From Tubiluchus corallicola (Eukaryota > Animalia > Priapulida), in contig JAQGDQ010000054.1 in assembly GCA_030141605.1 (NCBI GenBank), positions 310,001 to 374,000 of the forward strand: 64,000 nucleotides of DNA, read 5' to 3'. Within the stretch, counting starts at the first letter, position 1. Each line of letters starts with the position of its first letter. This document shows positions 1 through 30,600 of this stretch, in pieces. The notes under the pieces are model-generated. The model ran no database searches. It saw nothing but the letters and a program-made list of their open reading frames with translations, and was not told the origin of the DNA. A program made the translations under genes and the position numbers.

Positions 1-87
1 CACATAGTGTATGATTCGTTTCAGTGGGGTGTTACTACAAAAATGTTGCATAACCCAACGTGTAGTCCTAGTAAGGTTATATTTTAG

Positions 88-16350
<16,263 letters not shown>

Positions 16351-16584
16351 ATGGCAGCACTTACCCCGATGCCATAGCAATGTAATTTTCGCATGTTGTT
16401 TTTATGTAAACTATTAATTTAAGCAAACACAGAAGTACATACGATTTTTATAGATCTATCAAACATTCAAACTACTATTCTTTTACAATATTGTTTACAA
16501 CTAGTTTTATCATTTAATTATTAATTATAATTATCTCTGTTATGAAGTGAATATTTTTCTCAAACTTTGTTTCATTTCAACTAA

Positions 16585-16590
16585 AATAAA
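16585..16590 (+). terminator. Candidate poly(A) signal of gene A
   Basis: First AATAAA after the stop codon (~235 nt downstream). Confidence 0.55.
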
Positions 16591-16623
16591 AATAATCATA
16601 CATGCATAAATGTTTATAACACA

Positions 16624-16629
16624 TTTATT
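16624..16629 (-). terminator. Candidate distal poly(A) signal of gene B
   Basis: TTTATT on + (AATAAA on -), ~1.45 kb after the gene B stop; a proximal alternative lies at 17491-17496. Confidence 0.45.
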
Positions 16630-18082
16630 AATTATCATCATTGTCAATGTTCCTATTTACAGTTTTTACAGCACTTAATTTTTCTTTGACTTAAGTCAAT
16701 CGTATACCACTACTGCAAAATGAAAGTTTTCATTAGACCAACATTATCACAAACATATGTCACAAGTTTTTTTGCATAAATTATTTAATTATCTACAGTA
16801 CAAAAACTGACATTATTAATTTTACATAAAAACTGTTATTACAATCCACATTGTACTATGTTGCAAAGGACCTCTATGTCGTTATTGTGAACATTTAATC
16901 TCATAAAATACTTGTGTGAAATGTGCAGTTGTGCCGAACCATGCTGTTTACCTGTCATACAATGTGGCATAATTTGGTAGATAAAGTGCATCTTGCATCA
17001 GTGCATGGATTTACAGTCTCAAATTACAGCAACAGAATTAATTATTACTCTGACCACTTCTACTGTAGCTACTCGCCAACATACTTTACCTTACTAGTAC
17101 TGAAATTTCGTTTATAACAGGAGTCCATTCTTATATAAATGATGGAAATGCTACAATATTGTAAATTTAAGGAGTCCAATTCTTTTGTAAATTTAAGTCT
17201 AACAAAATACTGCAAGACTGTTAGGTAAAAAGCAATTACAAGCAGGTGCAATAATGAAAAAAAAGCAAAATTAATAAAGATGAAATGCATGCTTACTGCT
17301 AGGATATGCTAACTTAATGATATGCTTAATGATTTGGTACTTATGCAGTGATATGTAACCAAGACGTACCAGGTAGTGATATTTAAGGCACACTGCTAGT
17401 ACAATGTCATCAACAAAGGTAAGGTTAATTGGGACATTCCAAAAATAAATTTGACAATATGCTTGTCGTATTGTGTAAACTACACTGTTGTTTATTAAAA
17501 ACAATTTTTATATTTCAAAATATGTTTCGAAACTACAAGAATCTTATTCGTGCCTTAAATGTAAAATTTAAATAATAAAAACTACAACAAAATAATAAGT
17601 GCGCTGATATGTTATGCTTAGCATGCAGTAACTGGCACACAAACACATAATTTCAGTGCAAACGTTTTTAACATGGCAACGCATTGCAAAATACGAAACA
17701 CCTGTTTCTATCATTTCTAATAGTAGGCAAGGTATTTTACATTATGAAAGACACGTGGTACTATTCATACAAAACAAATGGCTAAATAACTAACTATAAC
17801 TTATATTTAACAAACTATAAGTAATAATAAATGGACAACAGAAACATTTCCATCAAAACAGCAAACTAGTCACTTAGTTCTCTAATACTGGATCGCCGAG
17901 TAAGTTTATCATCATGCCACTGCATACACCTCAAGTTATGCAGTACTTAATCACTATCTGAAGCATTTTCTCTAAGCAATGATATGAGTAAAAAGCCCAA
18001 GTTTTGGGAAGAATGATGAACAACCGCTCAAAATTAGGCGAAGAATAACAAACAAGAAATTCGCTGTATACAGTTTTGCATG

Positions 18083-18643
18083 TCATACCATAAATTCACC
18101 TTCTTTCAAATTTGGTAATGTCACCCTGTTAGAATTACTCTGATTTTGTTTCACCCATATGCCATTTCCTTCTGGGGGTAACTTTGGACTGTCTGGGGGG
18201 CTCTGATCACTGCGGCTACCATTTGCTCCTATGAGTCCTAGTTTTGGATACGAATGAGTGCCAGAAGACAGCCGCCGAAATTTGCCCATAATACCTGTAC
18301 CGACAGAATGATTTGGTCGTTCCTTTTCTTTCTGCTTTTCCTGTCGTTCATCTACTAAGCTTTTCGTGTTTTTGTACTTAATCTTGAACATGGTTGGCTC
18401 ATCATGCCTTGTTGGAGATGGTACATTAGTTGATTCCGTAATGTCTGCTATTTCATCTTCATCACTCACTTGCAAAAGTCCCGTATTAGAGTCAATACTA
18501 CTGCTAGAGGAAGTTCTGGTGATGGGGATGTGCTCAGTGCGATCTATTGACAACTGAATTGGCATAAACGGTTGCTGCTGTCGTGAAACGCGTCTGGTCT
18601 TGTCTTCGGCAAGTAACCAATAAGTCAGCATTTTGCCTTTGCC
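18083..18643 (-). CDS. Gyc32E: Gene B last coding exon, cyclase end plus ~175-aa tail
   Basis: cttcag|[13 protein letters not shown]...LKEGEFMV*. Confidence 0.9.
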   Translation of the reverse strand, partial: GKGKMLTYWLLAEDKTRRVSRQQQPFMPIQLSIDRTEHIPITRTSSSSSIDSNTGLLQVSDEDEIADITESTNVPSPTRHDEPTMFKIKYKNTKSLVDERQEKQKEKERPNHSVGTGIMGKFRRLSSGTHSYPKLGLIGANGSRSDQSPPDSPKLPPEGNGIWVKQNQSNSNRVTLPNLKEGEFMV

Positions 18644-21600
18644 CTGAAGAAAGTTAAGAAATTTTTCAATATTAAATTAACAGCTTAAAATTATAAATTT
18701 AAATTTAAAACAAAACTTAAATTTCAAAATTCTTGACATTCAATTAAAAATAGACTTTAAATTAGGGTAATGCTGTAAAAAATGAAACACTCTAAGCAGT
18801 CAGTATGGTGCACTTCAAATAAATTTGCAAAGTTGTGCATTTCCTAGTATCCTTTTGTTGTGAACATTCTGCCACTTAACACATTTTAATCTTATAAGAA
18901 ATATCACTCAAGAAATTTATACAAAACTTTTAGCTGTTCATTTAGTTTCTTTGCTTACTTCATATTTTTTGATGTACAACAATTATTTGAAAAAAGCCTG
19001 GAATATGAGATTTGGCTAGTTCAGTATATCCAGAACATATAATTAGTTAATAAGGTAACCACAGTAATCATAGTAACAGTCAGCAATACGTTTACCTTCA
19101 TTTCTACCAATCCACGTTCTTTAATATAAAAACCACCGATTTTGTCTAATACTTCTTTTGTTGTTTGACTAATGTGGATTTTTAAAGCTGAAAAGCAGTA
19201 AAATTATGTAAAAAGATCACACCAATACCCAAAAGTTGCTACAGCTATTTTAAGATAGAGCTCTAGTCACACAGAAATAGTAAGACTTTCTTGTAGTATC
19301 ATTACACCAGACAAATACATGTGCTGATATTTCACGAACAGCTGTGCATTATGTTGTGAGAATCCCAATTATAACAAATTTACTCAAACAATACTTGCAG
19401 ATTAGTGCAACAAAAACATGAACGATGCTGAAGTTACAGATTACAACCTACTACCTGACGGTGATCTCAAAATGATACTTACTTAACTATTAGAAAAATA
19501 ATCAAAAATGTTTTTCTTACTTTTCCTATATTACTGTTAGCTGAAATAACACAATGCTAGGCATTTACCATCTAATAACTTTACTGGAACATTAATAAAA
19601 TTTACAACTGGGCATATATACTAGAAAAAACACACACAAGTCTGTTATTATCATCTAAATGTCCATATGTCCACACATACATTATGGCTACAGTACAGAT
19701 GATCACAGATTTAAAAGTTCACTGATAAGATGGCACTGATGGATTAAGATCTACTAAATTTAAGTTCCATGATTTAATTCTGAACTATATATTACTTAAA
19801 TGAAAAAGAAAAATCCAGTGGCCACAGATATATTTTTAATAAATGTCAACTCAAACTCAAACACAAACTTGCTCAAATATAAAGAACAGATTCTCCAAAA
19901 GCAAATTCTTATAAGTAGCTAACAGTTACAATCAAATCAGAGATAAACAGAAAATGAAACTAAAGCCGCTGACGAAGAACCACCTGTAAATAAATTGATT
20001 ACCTTCACCATTCGACTCCATTCTTGATGCAGTATTTACAGTGTCACCAAATAAACAAAACCTTGGCATTTTATGACCCACAACACCAGCTACTACCGAT
20101 CCTGCAAATGATGTTTAGTGCAAAATTATTTATTATTAACAGATGAAATGCAAAAATGCAACAATTCTTGGCAAACATTATTGAAACACATCCTATTACT
20201 TCAAAATACTATGATAACTCATACGTTTCTTTAAATACCTCAAAATGCTAACCTGAATGGATGCCTATTCTAAGCTTGAGAGTATCATCAGGGCGATGGT
20301 GAATCTTGAAAGTTTTAATTTTCCTCAATAGATGGAGTGCCATTGATGCAATCTCTCCAGCATGATTGTCACCATTTCGGATCGGAAGTCCGCTAACGAC
20401 CATATAGGCGTCACCTGGGCAAATTCAGTTACAAAAATAAGAGAACAACTGACATCATTAATAAAAATGTGAACTAACTATGTGTGATGCAAGTAACAAT
20501 TACTGAAACTGTAAAGTTGTGTTTAAAACCAAGGTATGAAATGCACCATCAAAGTGCACATGAGCGATTACTTTCAAACTTTAACTAATTAATGATTATC
20601 ATCAATTTATCACACTATTCATAACAAATAAAAAATAAAAAATGCTAATATGTTTACCTATAGTTTCAACTTTGTACACTTGGTAATGTTCAATGATAGA
20701 ATCAAAGGCAGAATACAAATCATTTAACAGTTCAACAACCTAAAAAATAAATAATATTTACAGCTATGAAAAATTAGCAGAATTAAGTGGCACAGTTGCA
20801 TAGAAAACTATTAATTATTAAACAAAATTGATGACGAGTGAAACACTTAATGATGCCACAGCTTAATGACTTTACATTAATTGAACAGACCCTTATCAAG
20901 CTTATTTGAAGAGCAGTATACTGTTCTCCATGGAATTGTTAAAGGACTCAGGAGATGTAGACTTATTAAACATGCACGATGAATTTCAATGGCAAAATTT
21001 GCTGATTAGTTATTTTCAATAGCAATTTTCTAATGACGTATAAAACTGTGCAAGTCATTAAAAGCATGCAGGCTGAGTAAATTTAGCCAAATTAATCTGC
21101 TGCTGAAACATTTTCTTAATATCCGTTACAGCAAGTAACAAGTAACATTCGTGGAAACGCAAATTGGTGTTTTTGTTCAGTCAGAAACCTTTCAGGAAAC
21201 TCACATTTGCTGTTAATATCTGCAGCAAAAATGATAATCAACTAAATGTTTGTGCAGTTTTAGTAAAATGCATGCAATGCTATTGATCCTGAAATAGATG
21301 ATGCAGTTAATGAACACTGATCTTGCACAAACATTGAGACAAAAAAGCTGCAGGTGAGATAATTCAGTACATAGCACCAGTTTTGTTTGATCAGCAAGTT
21401 ATTTTGGGATATATGAATAACAAAATGTTCAGATTACTGAATAAACATCAATCTAGTAAGTATTCAAGGAAATCTATTCGTGTTATGTCGCATCTGGAAA
21501 AATTGTAACTTGGAATCTGTCGCATGTTGTCGCCAGCATCTTTACTACTAATCTGCAATCAATATGCTGGCATATTCTAGTTTACATGCAAAATCAATAA

Positions 21601-24600
21601 TAGCTCATTACCATTAGTAATTATCACATAAAAATTACCACATGTAATATGTGCAGTGATTACACAAGATTGTGTAGATTACCAGCTGCTCTTACCTGCA
21701 TTGGAGTGCTTTCTGCAGAGAGAGAGGTGAAACCCACAATATCAGAGAAGTAAATTGTTGTTGCATCAAATGCTTCTGCATCGACTGGTCTGCCCATCTT
21801 TAGCTGTTCAGCAACTGGCCTATCATTGAAAATATCAATTGTTTATTTTAATGGACAATGATGAATTATTCACAATTAGTGAAAGCGAGACATGTTTAAA
21901 TTTAAAAGCAGTAAATAAACAACAAAAAAGTAATAAGTTAAAAGACCTTTTTGTTTAAAAAACAAGGACAAATAGTTCTTAAGTGAATTTCCTCTAATTC
22001 ACTTTATGCTGGCTGTATAGTGAGTCAGCAAATGCAGTATAAAATTATTTGCTTCTAAATGGAATGCATTTTACAGAAATAAATTTTATTATTACTTTGG
22101 TAACATCCTATATAACAAGTCATCTGTTTTCTTTTTCTCCTCAAAAAGCTGTTGTGTCCTCTCTAACACTAAACCTTCCAAGTTCTGCGAATATTTCTCC
22201 ATAAGATCTAGCATGTTGTCGAAGATATTTGGTTTTCTGCAAAAAGAGATAATCGATGTCGACAAACAGTAAGTTGCAGGACTTGCTTCTCACAACAGGA
22301 TACTGTACATTAAGATTTTGCACAACTCAATTATCATTTATGCAGACTTATGATGAATCATAGCCCAAGAAGTTTGCATTTCCAAAATGACGAAGACAAA
22401 GTAAACTGATTCTAAAATTTATTATTTGCACATTTTTACTAAATTAGTGTTCTAGTTAATTTGAAAAGCTGATAAGATAAACTTTGTGGCAAGGTTCATA
22501 ACTAAGCGGATAATAACGCTGTCACAAGTTATATATATATTATGAGAGAGTGCTTGCCTATCCACCCAGTTATGAATCTTATAATATATATATATTTCCA
22601 GTCATACCACAAACATGGGCCTGTTTTTGAGTGCTTTTTAGCATACAGTATTCTGAAGTGTATAAAAAATATGGTACTTAACTTGTGATTACTACTATAC
22701 TGGTCTCCACATAACCATTCATGCAACAAATGAGCTCAAAAATAAGCACACTGCTCTATAAAACTTTAGAACTCTGGCTATGTACTTACAGGCCGGCCTG
22801 CATTTGTTTTAATTTGATTTTAACGACTTTGAAATCAGGCCTTGTGTCAGGATCTTCACTCCAGCATTCATGCATGCAGTCAACTATGTATTTGGAAGAA
22901 GTCAGGTTGGCCGTAGGCGGTCGAAACACCGGTTGAACTTTCATGTCTACTTGATCGATCACAGATATTTGTGGACCATTCTTCACCTTCTCAACGATAT
23001 CTAAGAAAGGAAAAGGAAAAAGGTAAACAAATCAAATAATTAAACAAGCAGCAAACAATTAAACAATAAGGTACTGATTAAACAAAAAGATAGATAGACA
23101 GACAGGCAGACAAACACTGATCAAACAGTGACATATCAATCACATACAGAACAGTAGTGATAGTATTTATAACAAAGAAGTTTATGGCAAATTTAACTCA
23201 TAATTAATACAGCACATAAAAACATATCACAGCTAATAAATCAGGTAGCAGAAACAATGTGCATTAGTTTTATCTTCTTATAATCACGATATTACAAGAA
23301 AAATCGCTTGAAAATTACCCCACTGATGTTACAGATGCTTATGTGTAAACACCAAAAATCTTAGGTCACTCCCTTGGATATGTTTAAACATTTGTACTAA
23401 AGCCTTAATTCAACAAGCCCAAAAACAAGTGCTGGAAAAAATTCTTGTTTCGTTATTATTAAAATTTACAGCAAGTGCATTGACCATTTTCACTGCAAAC
23501 TAGGGGAAGGCATTTCCTGTAATAGCTAATACTGGTTTTCACTTCTTTATGGGGGGGCACTTGGTCCCAGCACTTAATTTTTTTTATCTTTAGTTGCTTT
23601 GCATCAAATAGCTCTGTGCGGCCATTACACCCTTTCTCTTTAAAGGAATTCTAGATACCGTAATCTAGAGAATTAACTTCCATTTTTTCTTGGTAGTGTT
23701 TTATTTTCTGAGCTGAATATCATGACGTAAAAACTGGTTGATTTCAATATTATTTTGCTGCCCTGTATTGAGTGCTTTACACATCAATATCACTGTTTTC
23801 CAGGTGACAAATATAGGTGACATTGTTCCGGCATTTAATTTTTTAACAAGCAAAATTTTTTTAGCCATAACTTAAAAACAACTAAAAGTATAAACCTGTA
23901 ACTCTGAAAACTAACTGTTAATGCACTGTAATATCATACCATGAAATTTTAACTTTGTAGGGAACTTGCTTCTAATAATGTAGTTTAAACTTTGGCACAT
24001 TTTTTCTGTGCCACACAATATATGTTAAGTATAGAAAGTGTATTTCTTTAACCGTATTTATTAATGTTTCCATTGGATATACAGAAAGCAATTTCATTTC
24101 TAGTTAATGTTCCACTTGTGTAGCTATATAATACGAAAATTTTGATGGCTTTGTTAGGTAAAAGTAAAAATGTATATTCTATAGGCTTGCACTTACCCTT
24201 ATAAGACATATCACAGTTGCCAAATGGTCCGTTGTGGCCTATAATTTCATACAGAATAATACCAAAGGAATAGACGTCCCCCTTTTGTGTTCCTCTGGCA
24301 GGTGGGTTCAAGTCTCGAAGCAACTCTGGTGATCTCCATAACATACCTGATTTGAAAGGTGACCATACAGCAAAAACATATTAACAGCAGGTGCACTTTA
24401 ATAAAATACAGTACATCAGATGATTCTTTTAAAGATATTTTGACAAAAAAGTATGGCTACCTTAGCTACACCATAGCATAAAGAACAGTAATGGGAAAAA
24501 TGAAGCGTCTTTCGTATTAGCAAGTGCACACCACCGCCACACAAGAATCAAATTTCAATTTTCACACATGCAGCAACTTCATACAGCAATTTAAGGTTTG

Positions 24601-27600
24601 CAGATCACCTGGCTTCGTTTGTCATCATTACCAACCACAACATAATTAGTAGTACTACTCTCAATAATACAGTGGCATTCATGAGTCTCACAATGTACAT
24701 TAAACTAAAGGGTATTAAAATTTCCAAAATTTAAGCACTTTTCGGTGCTATTGAGTTTTTTCATGTGTACAAAGAATATATTAACATATAAATCATAGTA
24801 AACTGTAGTAGCAGCATAAGAAAGCTTAGTAGCATCCAAAAATTATGTTAACTTTTATTTTTTGTCTTAATTTTTTGATAATTTGAGTTTCACAACCAAA
24901 ACAGCAAAAATTTCTGAAGCACAATTTGCCCCCTGGGCATACCGGGGGTAAGGTAATCCCCAGACCTTCTACAATTTACATCTATTTTTACCTGAAATGG
25001 CTGGTCTGAAAAATGCTATTAAGCATAACACTTACGTTTGTAATAGGCATTGGAATCGATTATTTCCTCGGCTCCCGCCAAAAACTCGTGCAGACCGTAG
25101 TCGCGTATTTGTAGCACCCAGCGATTGTCAATGACACAGTTGGATGATTTAAGATTACCATGTGATATCACCTCACTGTCATGGAGATAAATCATGCCCT
25201 AGACAAATACAAAATTGAAAAGATTGAAAAGCTAAGCTAAGACATTGTGATCGTTAAGGCAGTACAGAAGCAAATGCAGTCTATACCTACAAACCTGTTA
25301 ATTTATTATACCACATGTGCATTAATAAGACCATTGGGTGTAAGGTTTGTGAAAAGGTTTAATGGAGATTTTTCATGGTTATTAAAGGTTATTTCGTAAA
25401 AATGGACTACAGATAGTAAAAAAATTAACATTCATTGTCAGATTTCTGACAGTTAAGCCTTTTCACAATTCCAACAATTGATGATGATCATGAAAAAGTC
25501 AAAGGTTAAGTGAACCTAACAATGTTATCTGAACCAAACAACGCATTTATTTACACATGACAACATCTGGAGGTCCATGTTGTTGTATCACTAACAGTTC
25601 TTGGAGTTAATTTTTGCTTCATTTATTTAAATTACATGGATTGTTGTTGCTATTTTGCTTGTTGTTTTCAGATAAGAATAACATGTTAATTTAAAACTAT
25701 ATACGTTTAGTATTATAATAAAAATAACCGCGTGTTTCACCCAATTCACCTACATGTAGCTACCTGCATAAAGTCAGGTAACCATTGTAGTTAAGTGAGA
25801 CGTGCTGGGTTCAATTAACCTTTAACCTACAACAAATGTGCGTGGGCCTAGCGAAACTGTGAAAAGGCTTACTGCTCCTACATAGATTCTCAGATTATCT
25901 GTTAAAAAGTACTACTCAGCAAAAGGAGCAGCACAAACAAACAAACAAAAGAAACAAACAAAAGCAGCAAAGTTAATGTTACCCTCTATTCATTCGATTA
26001 ATGTACAAAATTATGATTTAAACTGGACATTAGGAAGGAAAAATTAGAATAAAGAGAAAATTTTGTCATAACTGCGAACCTTGATAAGATCTTGAACCAG
26101 TGAAGCCACAAACATGTTATCCAGGTTTATGTCAGGGTTGTTTAAGATATCCTAAAAGAAAAAAAAATGCATCGTACATAAAAAGTCCAAGCTAGTCCAT
26201 GTGCTAATTAAGTTTGTAATCTATTCAATATTATTAGGTGGCAGGTAGATTTAAATTGCCAACTAACGAAATGTTGAGCTTTTTCATTGTTTTACTTGCG
26301 AGATTTTTAATTAGTGCTAATTGGTGAACTTTAATAATAGTAATGCTTAGAAGAATTATAATCGTTAGACATAAAGTCATAAAGGCATAAAGTCCAGTAT
26401 GTTAACAATAACAATAATAGCTTAACAAATAACAAAACTACCTGTGGTGTCAGTGCAGGTCTACTATTCTAGAAATTTTTAATACAGTTTTGAATGAAGT
26501 ATATTAGCAATTTTATGGACAAACAGACTGAGAACTAAAAACACTGAAAAAGTACTTAAAGGTTTTAAATATTAAGAGTATAACCATAGGCACTTGGCGT
26601 GTGACTGCATAGATTGTTACCTGCTGTTTAATGAGTTGTTTAAATAACCCTTTCACTATGAGCAAAGCAAACACACACAACAAACATGGATTTAAATGAG
26701 GAAATGATCTTAAAATTATGATACGTTGACGTCACAAAATTCCACTAGTCAATGCTCAGCCTTGAAAATACTTTTTAATTCAATTATCATACTGAGCAAT
26801 CAGGGGTTCAGAAATTTACGTGGGTTTACATCAGTAAAAACACAATTGTTCGTGTACTGTTTTATAAAAGGCTATGTTGTCAATTTTGTCTACAAGCTAT
26901 ATAAATGTCTGTGTCACGCAAACATGTTTACAGAACATGTGACATAGAATGACAACTGTATTGATGCTTTCCATCCGTCATTCAATAATACATGCTTTCC
27001 TTTCAAAATCCCACAGCTTTTCAAATAATAACGCGCTGATTGCAACATGCATAAGGCCACCGTGTTGTTGAAGTGTTTACACAAATTCCCAGCCATAATC
27101 GATATCTTGAATCTGCTTTTGAACAAATGCTTAAACTGCTACTTATCAAGTAAATGGAAGTCTCTTATTTCCTGCGCTATTGTTTGCTGTTTTTTTTACT
27201 AACTGGCTTCTTTGAGAAAGTTGTGGCTTCTCCATGAGTAGCAGGTGCAGTAACATTAGAACCTTTGCGGTGAATTTACATTACAATAAATTTCAATAGG
27301 TAGACACAACTTGATAAAATATCAGAAAATATCAGTGGCTTTTTAAGACTAATCGATTAATGGGAATCTCGCACTCAAAGTTGCAAACCGTTAATACCTG
27401 TGACACTCATCAACGTCTTTCCAGCCCACGTGACCACCTGAGGCACTAATCTGCAGCTTTTGAACACCTGTGACACACAGAGAAACTCATCGGAAGCTTT
27501 CCAAGATCTGCGCCCATTGCATGATCATGGTAATTCAAGACGTTTACCTACGGACCATGGTTTTTTGAACACCTCTGACTCATACAGAAACTGATCGAAC

Positions 27601-30600
27601 ATTTTACAGAACCTGTGACCTGAGACAGTGATCATGGTGTTTCTTAAGACCCTTTTTCCTATAAAACAGAGATCCACAGTCCGACAACATATGTGACTCA
27701 CAAAGAAAGTGACTGAAGTTTCCCAAGACCTGCGACCCACAGGGACAGTGATCTATAATTTTTCAATGACCTCTTGCCCTCTGAAACATTAATACCAGGT
27801 TTTTCAACCCATTAGACCTATAATCCAGTAAAACATTGGTCCTTATCAACTTGACATCAAGACTTGTGGCACGCAGAGACAATAATCTGTATTAAGACCT
27901 GTGAGTCGTGATCCAATGCAATACTGAAATTTGGTTTTTCGAGATCTGTGACCCACAGATACATGATTCAGTGTGCTTTTTGAAACTGTGACCCACTGAT
28001 CTGTGTTTTCAGCTGGCTTATAATCCGTCCGGTTGGCGACAGTTATCAGTTTTTTTAATCAAAATTGTCCCGCTGCCTCATGGTTACGTTTTCAATTAAG
28101 TATGTACAGTGCATATACAAAAAAGTGAAATTCTAGTACACTCAAATTCATCACTTGTGACGAACTTTAGCAAAAATTTACAAACGAACTCATTACTCAT
28201 CTTTGTTTAATTACGTGCCTAGTTTACATATAAGAGCCTAGTAAAAGTTTAAGTAAGGCTTTAAAAAATTAACATAACACTCTTGTAAAAGTAATGACTG
28301 GGAGTCGTTGCTATCAATTCATTTATTTAATTTGAGAGTGATTTGTGCTATTGGTACTACATGTAAATGGTACGTTTGCAAATGTTAAGGCTTGCCTTTT
28401 CAGTTTTGCTTTACTCTCTCAATCTTTTTGAACAGAGCAAACACAACGGCGCCTGGCCCGATTTTCTGTTTCTCGACTTGTAACCTTTTTAACATGGAAA
28501 AATATCCACGTGATCAATGACAGATTTTAACTCTGGCGCACGTGATTAGTGTCTAAGAAATGTAGTCTTTGTTTGAGAAAAAACGAATTATCGGGTTTTG
28601 TACGTTGACAACAGTTTCCCTGCGTGTTCTATGTATCCGCGACTTTACAAAATCAATCAAACATCATTACAGGAAAAACTAACTTCCTGCCAAGGCTAAT
28701 CTGAAAAATGATTTCTATAGCCTCCCCATTTCCTAGTTTTAATGTTTACCTCTAGCACAGAAAGAGGAACGGAAACGGCATTGCGTTTCGTGAGCGCTAC
28801 AAAGCCAGGGATTTGCCAGGCTTCCCTTGATTGCTATCCGAAGCCCTAAAATTATGCTGTGCCAGAGTCATTTATGTCCTCACAAAGAGCACAAAAGAGA
28901 TTAGGTGTTTACGACTTAAACATCTTCAAAGCTCGACTGTGTCATTTAGGACAGTAGGAGAGATGTTTTATAGGCTGAAACGAGCAAATAACAAGCGTAA
29001 TGTCACTTAGATTGGCTGGATATTGCCAAGCCACGCAAGTTTACAGTTTTAAATGAGACACTGCATAGTTACGGCTGCACTAAAGGATTAGTTGAATTAA
29101 TGTTAAGAAATTGTACTCAGAGCGAATAAAAAGCTGCATAAAATTCGTCACTACTTCGAATGTGTATTCCAAGCATTTGTAAAGCTGATAGCCTTTGTAC
29201 AGTAGTACGTAGTACCTATAGTACCTTAGTACTGTAGTCGAGTCTTTAGTTGCTTTCATTATGCACTGCAGAAATAAATTATTAGCTATCTCTATCACAG
29301 TATTAAATAATGGTGTACCTTCTTTTTGTACACTTTTTTCTTTTGTTATCTTTATTTCTTTTTTCTTTTAAAGACCTACCACGACTAAGCTGCAGTAATT
29401 CTTCAATAAAATAACAAATACGCAAATAAGTAAATACACAAGTAAGCAAGCAAACAAATAAACAAACAAATATACTCTTCTATACTCATCATTAGCTGTT
29501 CCTTGAATTTTGATTATACATGCAATCCAAAAATTTTCATTGACACTTCTGAGATATAACACAATTTATCGACTTTTAGACGCGATCAATTACAGAAGTA
29601 ACATGTGTAGAGCATATAGTAAGCGTCATACGTAGCATAACTATCACGTTCTACTATTAATAATATGTTACAGCAAAATCGTTGATGAGCAAAACCGACT
29701 TAGTCTTACAAAATGTACTTCATTTACAAAATAACGTTGGTAAGCCAAATGATAAAGAGATCAACAAACTGCGTCGAGGAATCGCTTCGCACAACTTACT
29801 AGCACACTCATCGGAAGATCTTTATTGCTAATAAACTAGTACAAAGCAAACATATCTCGTCATTTAATCAAATAACATCAAGGCTGGCCAGTTTTACGAC
29901 AAGTGGAAAAACTTCGTCAAATCGGTTTATACACTAAACTCTTTTGGTGGTGTGACAGATTTACACAGACTAAAAGCCGTTAGATGGATAAAATATATGC
30001 GGTAATTTTACAAGAGGCATGCGACAGAAACTGAGGTGCTTTATTCGAAGTAGTAGCTACTTCTAAATAGATAATGGCATGTGACGAATGAGTTCAGTTT
30101 AATTTACCTCATTTGACCGGTCTAACGAATTTTAATCAAGGTACGCTAATCAACTACGTCTACTGCAAATGCTGATGATGTAACTGTTGCTATTTTAACA
30201 CTCTGATTAAATTTATAGGTTTACAACGTCTTCCGCCAGTTGATGATTTATTTCATTTTTTCTTACATGGAATCTAAGTAATTGTATTTTGTATTTTGTA
30301 ATGCACTTGTAGATTCTTTCATACACCACGGCACACAGCAAACTGGAAGGGAGCGTTCAACTCGATGTTGTGGCATGACCAGAGCCTAGTTCACTATAAA
30401 GGACCTCCCTCTAAGATGAATCACTTAGCTGACAGTGGTATCTAAGCCATGTTTGGATGGGATTTCGTCTTTCCAGGTTCTACTTCCTGTACGAGGTAAA
30501 CAGCCAGGATCAGTATGGCACATAAAAGCACCCAAAGCGAGTATTGAACCCAAGCAGCCTGGAGCTTTTTGTGCAAAGTATGCACGCCTAATCATTCTGC

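Noticed and set aside
20415-20657. 243-nt intron as an in-frame retained insert
   Set aside because: It contains an in-frame TGA
27395-28012. Possible CRISPR-like array
   Set aside because: Units are degenerate and tandem with no unique spacers; no cas genes; eukaryotic intron
28750-28835. Mutually exclusive alternative to the GSLE exon (ends SVLE|gtaaac)
   Set aside because: No kinase-domain similarity and no good in-phase acceptor
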